From NCBI GenBank assembly GCA_013265495.1, contig MU057651.1, positions 1,127,674 to 1,191,673 on the forward strand: a DNA stretch of 64,000 bases, given 5' to 3'. The position numbers and the translations under genes were made by a program. Below the pieces are notes generated by a model, which saw only the letters and a program-made list of their open reading frames with translations, was not told the DNA's origin and made no database searches. Positions 63,731 to 64,000 of this stretch are shown piece after piece. Numbering within the stretch: position 1 is the first letter of the stretch; every line of letters begins with the position of its first letter. The stretch comes from Vicugna vicugna (Eukaryota).

Positions 63731-64000
63731 CTCTAATTTGACAAACTAACTACCAGCAGGAGGTTTGTTTACAACACTTGTCTACTTTCAATATGGCCTT
63801 CTAACCCAGTGAGCTTGCCGTGGTTGTCTGACTGGGTTGATCCACCAAAAACCAGCGATGGGTTATACCCTTCCTTCTTATTTCTTTTCTATTTTTCCTC
63901 ATTCAGTCTAGCATTCAACTCCACGGTTCTCCTCTGTCTCCTTTGTAGTTTCTTTTCTGCTCTTTGAAGAAAAGGAATCAGAAACTCTTAAAGTGCCATT

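Overview
Mammalian genomic DNA, almost certainly camelid (camel/alpaca/llama), judged from two tRNA-Ala-derived vic-1-type SINEs and young L1 3' ends. The window is gene-poor and dense in MIR, L2, ancient DNA transposons (MER5, MER20B, MER46C, MER91A, MER102, MER103C, MER117), L3/CR1, LTRs and L1 fragments. No long protein-coding exon, rRNA, true tRNA or CRISPR array is present, and nearly all ORF-track entries are spurious. Non-repeat structure visible in the sequence: (i) a CCAAT/GC-box/TATA promoter at ~230-480 with splice donors on both strands; (ii) a + strand spliced unit (exon ~8.6-8.9 kb to exon 22066-) whose splice sites fuse two short ORFs into one in-frame 134-aa ORF; (iii) a ~125-135 bp non-TE inverted duplication (31306-31431 / 32144-32279); (iv) several same-orientation CTCF motifs, two inside TEs; (v) MEF2/E-box/CArG motif modules and a Z-DNA + TATA module; (vi) a cluster of short splice-flanked minus-strand exon candidates ending in an AATAAA-bearing terminal exon at ~55 kb, possibly the 3' end of a (degenerate) gene. 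No gene could be named with confidence. Repeat family names come from recalled consensus sequences, not from a RepeatMasker run, and their boundaries are approximate.
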